Of a DNA stretch of 64,000 nt, positions 39,532 through 50,280 are shown piece by piece (positions within the stretch are counted from its first letter, which is position 1; every line of letters begins with the position of its first letter). The stretch comes from Alphaproteobacteria bacterium. Lineage in GTDB: Bacteria; Pseudomonadota; Alphaproteobacteria; RF32; CAG-239. The translations under genes and the position numbers were made by a program. The stretch covers positions 4,441-68,440 of the forward strand of contig JAGBLF010000024.1 in assembly GCA_017635595.1 (NCBI GenBank), given 5' to 3'. The notes beneath the pieces are model-generated. The model was not told where the DNA came from. It saw only the letters and a list, made by a program, of their open reading frames with translations, and searched no databases.

Positions 39532-39564
39532 TTATGCACAGAGTTATCCACAAACTTATAAACA
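39532..39564 (+). promoter_or_regulatory. Three tandem DnaA-box-like 9-mers
   Basis: TTATGCACA (39532), TTATCCACA (39544), TTATAAACA (39556) at 12-bp period. Confidence 0.6.
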
Positions 39565-39605
39565 AAAGAGCACCGTTCCTCGTGAGAGGAAAAGGTGCTC
39601 TTTCA

Positions 39606-39899
39606 TCAAATCATAAGTTGCACGAATGTTTTATTATTCTCATCAACATTAACAAAGACACTCATTGTACTGCCACACTTAAGCAGCTTTATCTTTTCAA
39701 GGATGTCTTGTTTAAAACCGTCTTGTTTTTCATCAACTTTGACAGTTTTGCGACAAGGTTTTGTTGCGGCATCCGGATTATATTTTCCCATAGCGGCAAC
39801 ATGGGTACGAGCTTCAGCGGCGAGTTTAATTTTCACGCGGCCATCGGCAAAACGGATATCATTTATTACCCCGTCATACCGAAAACAATCTTTAATCAT
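39606..39899 (-). CDS. Hypothetical protein
   Basis: 97-aa ORF with a TTGACT promoter upstream and a terminator hairpin at ~39566-39603. Confidence 0.55.
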   Translation of the reverse strand: MIKDCFRYDGVINDIRFADGRVKIKLAAEARTHVAAMGKYNPDAATKPCRKTVKVDEKQDGFKQDILEKIKLLKCGSTMSVFVNVDENNKTFVQLMI

Positions 39900-39968
39900 A
39901 ATCTAATCTATATATTAATAATGTTAAATTGCATTCTCTTTAGCACTATTAATAAGATGAGTCAATTA

Positions 39969-40511
39969 TTAAATATTTTCGGCAATCATTTTTTCGACTT
40001 TTGACATATCCGCAATCGGTTCAAAACGCGCAACGACATTCCCTTTTCGGTTAATCAAAAACTTGGTAAAATTCCACTTAATGTCCGAATTTCGCTCAAA
40101 ATTTTCGTCTTGTTGGCGGATAAACGCGGCAAATTCGGCAGAATCTTCCGCATCACCGAATCCTTCAAAACCTTTTTGTGATTTCAAATACGAAAACAGC
40201 GGCAACGCATTGGCACCATTGACATCACTTTTTTTGAATTGCGGAAACTGCGTATGATAGCGCAACGCGCAAAACTGATGAATTTCATCATCACTTCCCG
40301 GTGCCTGCCCGAAAAACTGATTGCACGGCACATCTACAATTTCCAAACCTTTATCATGGTATTTTTCGTATAATCTTTCCAAATCGGCATACTGAGGTGT
40401 GAAACCGCATCCGGTTGCCGTATTCACGACCAACACGACCTTACCGGCATAATTTTGCATAGACACCTGCTCGCCGGTCGGTGTCAACACATATTGTTCA
40501 TAAAAGTCCAT
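39969..40511 (-). CDS. Glutathione peroxidase (Cys-type)
   Basis: VVNTATGCGFTPQY, PCNQF, IKWNFTKFLI. Confidence 0.96.
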   Translation of the reverse strand: MDFYEQYVLTPTGEQVSMQNYAGKVVLVVNTATGCGFTPQYADLERLYEKYHDKGLEIVDVPCNQFFGQAPGSDDEIHQFCALRYHTQFPQFKKSDVNGANALPLFSYLKSQKGFEGFGDAEDSAEFAAFIRQQDENFERNSDIKWNFTKFLINRKGNVVARFEPIADMSKVEKMIAENI

Positions 40512-40523
40512 TATGGTTCTCCG

Positions 40524-40898
40524 CTAAAAAGTTGCCGACCACAAACCGTGAATATTGCAGTGTTCATACGCTTTAACAACTTCATCATCTTCGGCAATAT
40601 AGAACACGGCCTGAGGTTTTTGGCCCGGTTGCAAAGTTTTACGTTGATTACCGGCTTTTGTTTCTAAAGCAATCCATTCAATATAATGCTGTTCTTCCAT
40701 CGGATGTTCGACACTGCCAATGGTGACGGTTACTTTTGTACCCTCTCGCACAATCACCGGAACATGCTTTTCAGTTGAGGCATCAACCGTGTTTTCGGTG
40801 ATTTTTTGCATTTCTTCACCGCAGCAAATAACCGGTACGCCCGATTTTTTAACAAAAGCGATGATATTACCACAATGTCTGCACTTATAAAATTCCAT
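40524..40898 (-). CDS. Desulfoferrodoxin / superoxide reductase
   Basis: CRHCGN...CCGEEM, EKHVP, HPMEEQHYIEWI, CNIHGLW. Confidence 0.96.
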   Translation of the reverse strand: MEFYKCRHCGNIIAFVKKSGVPVICCGEEMQKITENTVDASTEKHVPVIVREGTKVTVTIGSVEHPMEEQHYIEWIALETKAGNQRKTLQPGQKPQAVFYIAEDDEVVKAYEHCNIHGLWSATF

Positions 40899-41038
40899 AA
40901 TTTTTCTCCTTATTATTGTTAATGCTGCTAAAATTATATGATGTCATTTGTAAACTTCAAGTATTTTTTGTTTATTAATTTCTTGCAAAATAAGACAAAA
41001 TAGATTATCCTTATAGACAAATAAAAATTATTTAGCCT

Positions 41039-41728
41039 ATGAAACTATTTTGTCTTCTTATTTCTGTAGCGGTTCTGATATCATTTCTGTATGAGATACT
41101 TATTGCCGCTAATATTTCCGTTGAGAGGACGGACTATTTGTACACTCACGGCATTACACCGTCGCATTACCGTCCGACAACCGTTTGGAGCAGATTTATC
41201 AAGCGCCTGACTGACATCGTAACTTCTCTTACGGTCTGTGTAACGGTGTTACCCCTGCTCTACATTGTGCTCGGTATCCTCATTAAGCTGAACTCGAAAG
41301 GCCCTGTACTCTTTAAACACCGTCGAGTCGGTCGTTTCGGCAAGGAGTTCACTTGTTACAAGTTTCGCTCAATGTATATTGATGCCGGACCGCAGAGAGC
41401 CGTTGAGAACGATTCTCGTGTTACGCCAATCGGCCGTTTTATCCGTAAAACGCATTTGGATGAATTTCCGCAATTCTTTAATGTGCTTATCGGTGATATG
41501 AGCCTGGTCGGACCGCGTCCGCTGACAAAAGAACGCCTGAAACAATACGATGACAGATTATTGACCAACATCCGTTGTCTGGTACTCCCGGGTATAACCG
41601 GCCCTAACCAACTTATAGGAAGGGAGCATAATCTTAAGATTGATATTGAATATATCCAAAACCAATCTTGGTGGCAGGATATTAAGCTTATCTGCCAAAC
41701 ATTGTTGTTGAAGGATAAGAGTTATTAA
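41039..41728 (+). CDS. Bacterial sugar transferase (priming phosphoglycosyl transferase)
   Basis: IKRLTDI, KFRSM, DSRVTPIGRFIRKTHLDEFPQFFNVLIGDMSLVGPRP, PGITG. Confidence 0.93.
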   Translation: MKLFCLLISVAVLISFLYEILIAANISVERTDYLYTHGITPSHYRPTTVWSRFIKRLTDIVTSLTVCVTVLPLLYIVLGILIKLNSKGPVLFKHRRVGRFGKEFTCYKFRSMYIDAGPQRAVENDSRVTPIGRFIRKTHLDEFPQFFNVLIGDMSLVGPRPLTKERLKQYDDRLLTNIRCLVLPGITGPNQLIGREHNLKIDIEYIQNQSWWQDIKLICQTLLLKDKSY

Positions 41729-41861
41729 AAAGTGCCGTTGCAGCCTTAATCGGTTTGCAACGGTACTTTTTTTTGACAAAAAACTTGATTTTTTATTTTA
41801 TTTTTTATATGATTATCTCAAACAAAAATTTTTTAGTGTTAATTTTTAATTTGTATTATTT

Positions 41862-42803
41862 ATGAGAAAAATGACTTTAGGTGAAACAAAAAAGCTTCGG
41901 CTTTCACCGAATTTCAGTCTCCATGAGTTCTGTTACCATCCGGTTGCAGATTATCATGATTGGTACAATATTCCTAACGTGCGAGGCATGGTCTTGCTTC
42001 GAACTCTCTGCCGCAAGGTTTTGCAACCCATCCGCGACCACTACGGCCGACCTGTCCGTATTGTGAAAGGTTTTACCTGTCCGCGCTTAGGGCATCACCT
42101 CGGCGATGCGCCTAATTCGTCACATCTGACTTGTTTAGGCGTTGACTTTAAGGTAAGTGGTATCAGCCCATACTCTGTTGCCAAGTGGGTGGCCGAAAAT
42201 CTGGAGTACGATGTCATGCTATTCGAGTTTGATGATTACAGCCCGATAAACCGCGATGCCCCGTGGATTCACATCTCGTATTCACTCGACAATAATCGCA
42301 AGCTTGATCTGACAACCGAGACCGGTCTTCGCCGTTTCAGACTTTCGGATAATTTCACGCTGTGGGAACTTGTGCGTTCGGTAACCGCTACATCGCTCAA
42401 GATATTCAATATACCCAACGAAGCCGGTATCGAAAAGCTGCGCCAAGTTGCCGTGAATATCTTGCAGCCTGTTCGCGATTACTTCGGCCGACCGGTACGC
42501 ATCAATTCCGGGTATCGCTCACCAAAGCTGAATGCCTCCGTCAGACGCGCCAGCAAAACATCGCAACACATGCGGTGTGAAGCTGTCGATTATGAGATTA
42601 TGGGTATGGATAACTATGAACTGGCTCAGTGGGTTGCACAAAATCTGACCTATGACCAGCTCATTATCGAGTACTATGGTCGAGACAAATCTGATCCGAA
42701 TGACGGTTGGGTGCATACATCGTATACAGCCGCTCGTAAAAACCGCATGTGCAATTTAACGATTAACGACAAGGGGACTCGTCCCGGGCTCCTTAACGAT
42801 TGA
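41862..42803 (+). CDS. Peptidase M15A (D-Ala-D-Ala metallopeptidase-like) with two tandem domains
   Basis: Two repeats of LSxNFxLxE...LQPxRDxxGRPVRI...SxH...xxD...WxHxSY. Confidence 0.88.
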   Translation: MRKMTLGETKKLRLSPNFSLHEFCYHPVADYHDWYNIPNVRGMVLLRTLCRKVLQPIRDHYGRPVRIVKGFTCPRLGHHLGDAPNSSHLTCLGVDFKVSGISPYSVAKWVAENLEYDVMLFEFDDYSPINRDAPWIHISYSLDNNRKLDLTTETGLRRFRLSDNFTLWELVRSVTATSLKIFNIPNEAGIEKLRQVAVNILQPVRDYFGRPVRINSGYRSPKLNASVRRASKTSQHMRCEAVDYEIMGMDNYELAQWVAQNLTYDQLIIEYYGRDKSDPNDGWVHTSYTAARKNRMCNLTINDKGTRPGLLND

Positions 42804-42856
42804 TTGTTTACATCAAAGTAAAAACCGCCTCTTCATAGGGGCGGTTTTTACTTTCT

Positions 42857-44167
42857 TTATTTTCCTAAATTCGGACGCATGCAATATTCTTCTTGTTGCA
42901 TATACATCATCAGCGCCAAATCGGCATCATGTGTTTCTTTATTTTCGATTGCGGCTCTGCTGATACGGAAACGTCCGTTCGGACCGAACGCACCCTCCTC
43001 GCCGTATTTTGTCAGCACGTCTTCGAATATCGGCCAAAGTTCATCCATGGTTTTATTTGTTAAACGGCACATTGTGCTGTAATCGGTTTTTTCGCCTTCT
43101 ATTTCAACATCATTAGTTAAGTTGATAACGCAGGCTTTGCCGTCATATACGGCATTCATACCGCGTGTTATCAAGATATCGTTCTCGCGTTTAACTTCTT
43201 TAACACCATAATACGAATGCTTGTTATGACAGGCATTATATGCGTGCACCAAACCGTCAAATACGTATTCCGGCTTATGATTGTATTTGGCAATTTCTTT
43301 ATTTTTCAGCAATGTTTTTATGTCATCAAACCCATGTATACTCGGGATGACTTCCAACGGGAGATTTAAATCAAATAAATCATACTTAACATGACAGTAC
43401 TTATTTTCTTTCCCGATTACTTCAATAGAGTGACTTATGCGGTCAATCAACTTATCTTCTTTATTGGCGGTGCAATTTTGCAACGATATCATAAATTCGG
43501 GTGAAAACAAATTATAACGTGCCGCATATTCTTCGGGAGTAAGTTGTTCTTCCGGATCCTCTTCTTTTTCCGGTGCTTTAATAACCGGTTCAAATTCTTC
43601 GCTTTCGCATAACAACGCTTTCACCTGTGCAAAACTGACATCAAAATGGCTGCCTGATACAGATTGTTCGACAGAGTCGGTTTGTTCGCCGTTTTCATCA
43701 TACTGCGGAATATAAAAAGTTTCATTATACACTTCGGCAGATCTGTCTTGCATTGCTGAAACCAACTCGTTTAAATCATCTTGCACGATATTACAGTTAA
43801 GCCGTTCGGCCTTAGGTAAAATTTCTGCACCCTTGCTGTAAACATATTCAATATAAAAAGAGCACTGTTCGTTTTGCCATCCGTTAATTTTGACCGTAAT
43901 TTGTTGCGTGATTTCGGCATCATCGGTCTTCGCCGTTAAATCCGGATTATAAGCCGTAAAGTCCTCTGTATATTCAGTACAGTTTTCCGCTGCTTTCAGT
44001 AACTCCGATGAAAAGTTATACAATTTAGCTTCATCGGTAAGGATTGCTTCGGATGTATCATCAGCTTCCGGCACTTCGTTTTCTATATCCAACGATGAAG
44101 AAACCTGAGCATTGGCAGCCATAAAAGGTATCATCGTGAAAAAAGTCAGCATACAGATATAACGCAT
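42857..44167 (-). CDS. Secreted acidic Cys-containing hypothetical protein
   Basis: Signal peptide (…AANA|Q), SD aggag, spaced Cys residues. Confidence 0.7.
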   Translation of the reverse strand: MRYICMLTFFTMIPFMAANAQVSSSLDIENEVPEADDTSEAILTDEAKLYNFSSELLKAAENCTEYTEDFTAYNPDLTAKTDDAEITQQITVKINGWQNEQCSFYIEYVYSKGAEILPKAERLNCNIVQDDLNELVSAMQDRSAEVYNETFYIPQYDENGEQTDSVEQSVSGSHFDVSFAQVKALLCESEEFEPVIKAPEKEEDPEEQLTPEEYAARYNLFSPEFMISLQNCTANKEDKLIDRISHSIEVIGKENKYCHVKYDLFDLNLPLEVIPSIHGFDDIKTLLKNKEIAKYNHKPEYVFDGLVHAYNACHNKHSYYGVKEVKRENDILITRGMNAVYDGKACVINLTNDVEIEGEKTDYSTMCRLTNKTMDELWPIFEDVLTKYGEEGAFGPNGRFRISRAAIENKETHDADLALMMYMQQEEYCMRPNLGK

Positions 44168-44598
44168 TTTCTATCTCCTGTTTTGCGTTATTATATCCGG
44201 TTTTCTGCAATTATAAACTGTTTTCTGCTTTTATGCAGTGATTTCTGCAACAAAAAAGGAGGCAGAATAAATCTGCACTCCTTTTCCACTGCTCTTTGAA
44301 TATTGCAGAATAACTTAAAAGTTACGTCAAAACGCGCAACCGTATTCACAACTCTTAAAGAACAGTCTAACGCTTCAGCATACTCGGTCAAATAATCGAC
44401 AAGATTATTTGCCCTGTTACGATGTTTTTTTGCAGCGTCGGCTCCGTCAAACAGTTTAGAGTTTAATTGCTTAAAAACATCACTGTTTCAACCGGAACAC
44501 TGTATATTTAATCGTCATATTTATTTTTTCAATTTATCTAAAACCAAAGAATATAAAAGCCCCCGCATTGCACTAACGGCAAATACGGGGACTTAGCA

Positions 44599-45615
44599 TT
44601 AGGATTTAAGCGCTTGCCAAGAGGCTGATACATCATCGGGCAATCCCTTATAGGTTTGGATAATTGCCAAAACATTCTCGTCTGTCGGCGTGAGCTTTCC
44701 TTTAGACAGATTCTTCACCGCTGTCTTATAATAATGATTAAACGGCGTTATAATCAGCGGGTACATGCCAAGTCGCATAACGACAGGCTTGATTTTGATC
44801 AGCAAATCGCGACTGCTTTCACTGATAAAACCGCGAGCGCAGATAAATATAACCATTTGTGCCGATACGTATCCGACTTCGGGGACAATCTCGGCCACAA
44901 AGTTACATATCTCCGGATAGATTTCGCGCCGTTCTTTTTCGGTATCCAGGTTATCGTAGATATCTACAATCATTTCTTCTACCTGATGATACAGTTTTTC
45001 ACGACGGCAACCGTCTTTATGATACATCAGCATACGGATATCGGCCACGCCGAGCTTCACTTTGTTTTGTTGAAGTGTACGCAAATGGTGCAGAGCCTGC
45101 TTAAGAAATTGTTTATTCTCCTCGAACAGTGCATCTTGCATCACCACCTTGTCGCTCCAGGTATCAAAGTCCGGATTTTTGCCGGACATCACCATCTCGT
45201 AAGCGGTTTTACCGAGTTCATCAACCTTATGCAAATACTCGTTGAGTTTGGCAATAAGGTACTCCAGATTTCGATTATTCTGGTCTTGAACATAGGCACG
45301 GCGCACTTTGCGCAATACAGAATTGATCATGTTCTTGTCAAAGTACTGCTGAGACACAAATTCGTTGAACAGATCAAGTGACTTTATATCCAAACCGTGA
45401 CGCTGAACATGCTCGACGAGCGATTTTTTCATGCTGTCATACAGTCTGGACTCAATCCCGATGATGTCTATAAACTCATCTTCGATTTCAGTAAAGTCTT
45501 TACCTTCTGTCTTCATTCGGTACATAGCCACTTTACGAGCAACGGGTGTTGCTTTCTTAAACGCATCTGCAATCAGAGCATCTCGATCGAATTTCTTAAT
45601 GTCTTCTATTTCCAT
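44599..45615 (-). CDS. Hypothetical helical protein
   Basis: 338-aa ORF with its own TTGACA-17-TATCCT promoter. Confidence 0.7.
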   Translation of the reverse strand: MEIEDIKKFDRDALIADAFKKATPVARKVAMYRMKTEGKDFTEIEDEFIDIIGIESRLYDSMKKSLVEHVQRHGLDIKSLDLFNEFVSQQYFDKNMINSVLRKVRRAYVQDQNNRNLEYLIAKLNEYLHKVDELGKTAYEMVMSGKNPDFDTWSDKVVMQDALFEENKQFLKQALHHLRTLQQNKVKLGVADIRMLMYHKDGCRREKLYHQVEEMIVDIYDNLDTEKERREIYPEICNFVAEIVPEVGYVSAQMVIFICARGFISESSRDLLIKIKPVVMRLGMYPLIITPFNHYYKTAVKNLSKGKLTPTDENVLAIIQTYKGLPDDVSASWQALKS

Positions 45616-45780
45616 AAATTTATAATTTATATTTAAGTTATATAATTCTCAATTTGATAGGATAACGTTTTTCTGTCTGTTTGTCAATAAAAATTACTTA
45701 AGCGTAAAAAACAGTAGTATTTTGGATTTTCTTATCTTCTAAAAAAAACTAACCCGCCGGCCTAGCCGACGGGTTTTTCT

Positions 45781-48120
45781 TTATTTTCTTAAGGCAATTT
45801 CCAAAACTTCCGAAGCATTGGTAACCGGTATGATTTCCATACCCTGTTTCACATTATCCGGAATTTCGGCCAAATCCTTTAAGTTTTCTTTCGGGATTAT
45901 CACGGTTTTGATACCGCCGCGCAATGCCGCCAGCAGTTTTTCTTTTAAGCCGCCGATCGGTAAAACACGTCCTTGAAGGGTAATTTCACCGGTCATCGCC
46001 ACGTCGTTGCGTACCGGCGTTTTGGTAAACACCGATACAAGCGTTGTGTACATCGCAATACCGGCTGACGGCCCGTCCTTAGGCGTTGCCCCTTCCGGCA
46101 CGTGAACGTGGATATCGGTTTTTTCAAACACTTCCGGTGCTATACCCAAATCCGCCGAATGTGAACGAACAACCGAATAGGCCGTTTCAATAGATTCCTT
46201 CATCACATCGCCCAATTTACCGGTTTGCGTAACTTTGCCCTTCCCCGGCATATCCACCGCCTCGATAAACAAGATATCCCCGCCGACTTCTGTCCAAGCC
46301 AAACCGGTTGTGACACCGATATGGTCTTGCTTTTCGGCTTCACCGTAGCTGAAACGACGTACACCGAGATACTTTTCTAAGTTCTCCGGTGTGACTTCTA
46401 TTTTAACACACTTTTCCGTATGCAACAGAATTTCCTTGGTCGCTTTACGGGCAATGGTTGCCAACTCGCGTTCCAAATTACGCACACCGGCCTCGCGGGT
46501 ATAATAGCGAATAATGTCACGAATGGCATCATCGGTAATCACCAACTCCGAACACTGAACCGCATTCTCATCAAAGACCTTGCCGAGCAAGTGCCTTTTA
46601 GCAATCTCAACTTTTTCATCTTCGGTATAGCCCGAAAGCTGAATAATTTCCATACGATCCAACAGCGGACGCGGCATATTCAGCGAATTAGCGGTTGTGA
46701 CAAACATTACATCGGACAAATCATAATCTACTTCGAGATAATGATCGTCAAACGTATTATTTTGTTCCGGATCCAAAACCTCCAATAGCGCCGAGCTTGG
46801 ATCGCCACGCCAATCACTGCCGAGTTTGTCGATTTCATCGAGTAAAAACAGCGGATTCGACGTGCCGGCTTTTTTCATGGATTGCAAAATTTTGCCCGGC
46901 ATAGCCCCGACATACGTCCGGCGATGGCCTCTGATTTCAGCCTCGTCACGCATACCGCCCAGTGAAGCACGCACAAAATTACGATTGGTAGCACGCGCAA
47001 TCGAACGCCCCAGTGATGTTTTACCCACACCCGGCGGACCGACTAAGCATAAAATCGGGGCCTTAATACGTTTTGAGCGTGATTGTACGGCCAAATATTC
47101 AACAATGCGCTCTTTGACTTTTTCCAAACCGTAATGATCTTCTTCTAAAACGGATATTGCTTTATTCAAATCTTTGTTTAACTTTGTTTTCTTATCCCAC
47201 GGCAAATCCAACAGCCAATCCAAATAGTTGCGGATAACCGAACTTTCAGGCGAAGATGTTCCCATTCCGCGCAGTTTTTTAAGCTCGGCCAAAGCTTTTT
47301 CGCGCGCTTCTTTAGACAGCTTTGTGTTATTTATTTTTTTCAAAATAGCACCGAACTCATCTGCCTCATCACCGTTATTAAGCTCTTTTTGAATAGCCTT
47401 CATCTGCTCATTCAGGTAATACTCTTTCTGGCTTTTTTCCATTTGTTTCTTAACACGGTTTTTGATTTTTTCTTCCACTTCAAGAACCATCATTTCGGTA
47501 TCGATAAGCTGCAGAATTTTGTTAAGACGCATTTGCAGATTATCGGCCTCCAAAAGATATTGCTTATCTTCGGTTTTAAGAGAAAGATGTGAAGCTACCG
47601 TATCGGCAAGCTTATCATATTCATCAATTTGTTTGATTGATTGAATAACATCATACGGAATTTTTTTGTTGAGTTTGACATACTCTTCAAACTGACTGAC
47701 TACCGCACGACGCCAAGACTCCAATTCGGCCTTATCGCCTTTTTCCTGCGGATAACTTTCAACTGTTGCCGAAATATAACTTTTATGGTCGGTAAACGCC
47801 GTTATTTTCACGCGTTCCAACCCTTCAACCAACAATTTAACCGTACCGTCCGGAAGTTTCAGCATTTGTAAAACATTGCCGCGCGTCCCGACTTTATACA
47901 AATCTTTCGGTGTCGGAACCTCGGTTTCGGCTTTTTTCTGCATAACCAAAATCAGGTTCGATCCTTTATCATTTGCCTTTTGCACGGCTTCGATTGACTT
48001 ATCGCGCCCCACAAATATAGGCACAATCATTTTCGGATATACCACAACATCTCTGAGCGGTAAAACCGGCAAAACTTCTTTATCTTCCTTTACTTCTTTA
48101 TTTTCAATATTATCTGACAT
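45781..48120 (-). CDS. lon: ATP-dependent protease La
   Basis: LPLRD, GPPGVGKTS, RGHRRTYVGAMPG, PKDGPSAG, IGGLKEK. Confidence 0.98.
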   Translation of the reverse strand: MSDNIENKEVKEDKEVLPVLPLRDVVVYPKMIVPIFVGRDKSIEAVQKANDKGSNLILVMQKKAETEVPTPKDLYKVGTRGNVLQMLKLPDGTVKLLVEGLERVKITAFTDHKSYISATVESYPQEKGDKAELESWRRAVVSQFEEYVKLNKKIPYDVIQSIKQIDEYDKLADTVASHLSLKTEDKQYLLEADNLQMRLNKILQLIDTEMMVLEVEEKIKNRVKKQMEKSQKEYYLNEQMKAIQKELNNGDEADEFGAILKKINNTKLSKEAREKALAELKKLRGMGTSSPESSVIRNYLDWLLDLPWDKKTKLNKDLNKAISVLEEDHYGLEKVKERIVEYLAVQSRSKRIKAPILCLVGPPGVGKTSLGRSIARATNRNFVRASLGGMRDEAEIRGHRRTYVGAMPGKILQSMKKAGTSNPLFLLDEIDKLGSDWRGDPSSALLEVLDPEQNNTFDDHYLEVDYDLSDVMFVTTANSLNMPRPLLDRMEIIQLSGYTEDEKVEIAKRHLLGKVFDENAVQCSELVITDDAIRDIIRYYTREAGVRNLERELATIARKATKEILLHTEKCVKIEVTPENLEKYLGVRRFSYGEAEKQDHIGVTTGLAWTEVGGDILFIEAVDMPGKGKVTQTGKLGDVMKESIETAYSVVRSHSADLGIAPEVFEKTDIHVHVPEGATPKDGPSAGIAMYTTLVSVFTKTPVRNDVAMTGEITLQGRVLPIGGLKEKLLAALRGGIKTVIIPKENLKDLAEIPDNVKQGMEIIPVTNASEVLEIALRK

Positions 48121-48209
48121 ACAAATTTAACTCCGTTTGATACCTTTATATTATATAGGTAAGGTTTGTCTTTTCGACAATAGGTATCTCATATTTTTCC
48201 CACAATTAT

Positions 48210-48482
48210 TCAATACAAGGCCAAAGTTTTGGCATTTTGATTTAAATATTGCGCCGTTTCTGCAGATACGATTTTTTGAAAATGCGGCATATCGGCTTGA
48301 GTAAATTTTGCGCAGTATTTGTGAATAATTTGCCAGTTTGCCTGTTCCTGAACATATTTTTCAAAAGCCAATACTTTTGCCGTACGCTCGGATATTCCGT
48401 TTTTACCGCCGGGTATCGGATTTACCAGTGAAAAAATATAAAACAGTTCTTCGGCTAAATTTTTTAATTCTTGTTCATTCAT
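48210..48482 (-). CDS. Hypothetical protein
   Basis: 90-aa ORF with SD gagg. Confidence 0.6.
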   Translation of the reverse strand: MNEQELKNLAEELFYIFSLVNPIPGGKNGISERTAKVLAFEKYVQEQANWQIIHKYCAKFTQADMPHFQKIVSAETAQYLNQNAKTLALY

Positions 48483-48558
48483 TTGACACCTCTCTGAAAA
48501 GAAGATTTATTTCTTATTTTATAAGATGTCAATAATATAATTCTTACATATTCACAGA

Positions 48559-49485
48559 TTATTTATTTTTCTCTCTGAATTTTTCTTCTATACTGTTAGA
48601 AATATATTTATCGAGTTTTTGCGAAGCTTCACTTGCTGCTCTTGTAAGTAATTTTCTTACGAGTGTATCTGCAATTTCTTGTTCATCTTTGTCTGCTGCA
48701 AACAAAATGAAGTGATTTTGGCTGATGCCTATCCCGCTAAACTCGGCATCATGCATGGAAGTAATCGCTAATTCTATATTTATTTTCATTTTGCGATGTT
48801 CACTATCTATCTTATCAACGACAGCTTGTGCCAAATTCGGACTAACGATATAGTCGGCGTAATCTTTGGCATCCGGCGCATCGGTAACATAGAAATAATC
48901 GCTGTTCGAGAACAACCCTGTCAAAAATTCCTGATAATGGTCAGTCACATCACCGTTCCACATTGTCATATTTTCAATATACAACAGTTTTTTATCTTGC
49001 AGTGTATTGGCCTTAAACGAAGTGTTTTCTTTAATTTTATCGGCAACTTCGGCGGCCTGGAATTCTGCCGGTTCGCTGTTTTTGTAATCACGAACCAAAC
49101 CGGCAAGTTCATCCGGCATAATTTCAACAGCGGCATTCAATTTGACGCAAACATGAGAATCATCATCTATGGTTACGTCATGTTTTACATTAAGCATATA
49201 TTCATCGATAACCCGATATGAGATAATATCAAGTGCGCTTGCCGTCAGCCCCGGATAGCGATTCTGAATAATTCCCGACAGTTTGACGGCAGCAATACTT
49301 GCCTTATCGACAGCGCGATTTTCAGCTGTTTTTTTATCATCATCCGATTGTTTATCATCACAAGCTTCGGCTTCTACAAACCGAGTAATGATTTCATTAT
49401 CTGCCGAGTTTGCAAAATTCGCCTTAGCCGACATACAGGCTAAGGCGCAAATGCCATACATAAACAGACGTTTTTTTACCACCAA
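48559..49485 (-). CDS. Exported hypothetical protein
   Basis: Signal-like N-terminus; overlaps the upstream lipoprotein gene. Confidence 0.65.
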   Translation of the reverse strand: MVVKKRLFMYGICALACMSAKANFANSADNEIITRFVEAEACDDKQSDDDKKTAENRAVDKASIAAVKLSGIIQNRYPGLTASALDIISYRVIDEYMLNVKHDVTIDDDSHVCVKLNAAVEIMPDELAGLVRDYKNSEPAEFQAAEVADKIKENTSFKANTLQDKKLLYIENMTMWNGDVTDHYQEFLTGLFSNSDYFYVTDAPDAKDYADYIVSPNLAQAVVDKIDSEHRKMKINIELAITSMHDAEFSGIGISQNHFILFAADKDEQEIADTLVRKLLTRAASEASQKLDKYISNSIEEKFREKNK

Positions 49486-50147
49486 CTTCTATCCCCTTCC
49501 GCCTGATGGATAATTTCACTCCATTCACCGATAACGCGACCGGATTTTTCATTCAAGAATAAATCATATTTGATAGCCGGAACTTTTTTAGTCGGTGTAT
49601 CAAACCAATCAATAACGCTGTTTATAACATAATCAGCCTCATCTTTGGTTGGTGTTACGATAATGTTACTCATGTTTGCAAATCTGTTTTTGAGCGTTTC
49701 GGTTCCTTTTTCGGTACCGCCCGGCAAATCATCCGACTTAGGCTGAGCCTCATCGATATAAACTTTCATAATGCCTATTTGTTCGAAAAACGCGGCGGCT
49801 TCCTTTTGCATGGAGTTAACTGTACGATTAGCCGAAATAACATAAATTTCCGGTGCATCCGGAACATAAGTTATATCTTCCTGTCCCGGTAATGCCGGCT
49901 CATCCGGACAGCAACGGCGTTTATGATACGAACCTTTGAGGGTTTCGACAACACGCGGTTTTAACACAACCGGCTCGGCTGCATGCATACAACCGTTCGG
50001 TTGCATACAAGAATACGAACACGGCATTGCCGGTATTACTTGAACAGCTTCCACATTTCCGGCATTGGCCGGTTCCGGTGTTTCCTGCACTGTTCCGGCA
50101 CAGCCGGAGGCTAAAATCAATGCGCCTAAAAGTACCGTTTTTTTCAT
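49476..50147 (-). CDS. Hypothetical lipoprotein
   Basis: Lipobox ASGC; SD aggag; Cys-rich linker. Confidence 0.7.
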   Translation of the reverse strand: MKKTVLLGALILASGCAGTVQETPEPANAGNVEAVQVIPAMPCSYSCMQPNGCMHAAEPVVLKPRVVETLKGSYHKRRCCPDEPALPGQEDITYVPDAPEIYVISANRTVNSMQKEAAAFFEQIGIMKVYIDEAQPKSDDLPGGTEKGTETLKNRFANMSNIIVTPTKDEADYVINSVIDWFDTPTKKVPAIKYDLFLNEKSGRVIGEWSEIIHQAEGDRSWW

Positions 50148-50280
50148 TTTAAACTCCTTACAGATTCATATATTTCTATTTTTAAACAACTTCCCTTAAA
50201 AATACATTAATATTTGAAAAGAAGTCTTGAATATTGATAAAAAAGAATTTAACCTGTTGCCATAATATAAAGGAATTTTA

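Noticed and set aside
39969-40511. Selenocysteine glutathione peroxidase
   Set aside because: The active-site codon is Cys and the ORF has no in-frame TGA.
44191-44518. 66-aa ORF or possible pseudogene
   Set aside because: Runs through a terminator-like hairpin at ~44252-44285, has no SD and no recognisable motif.
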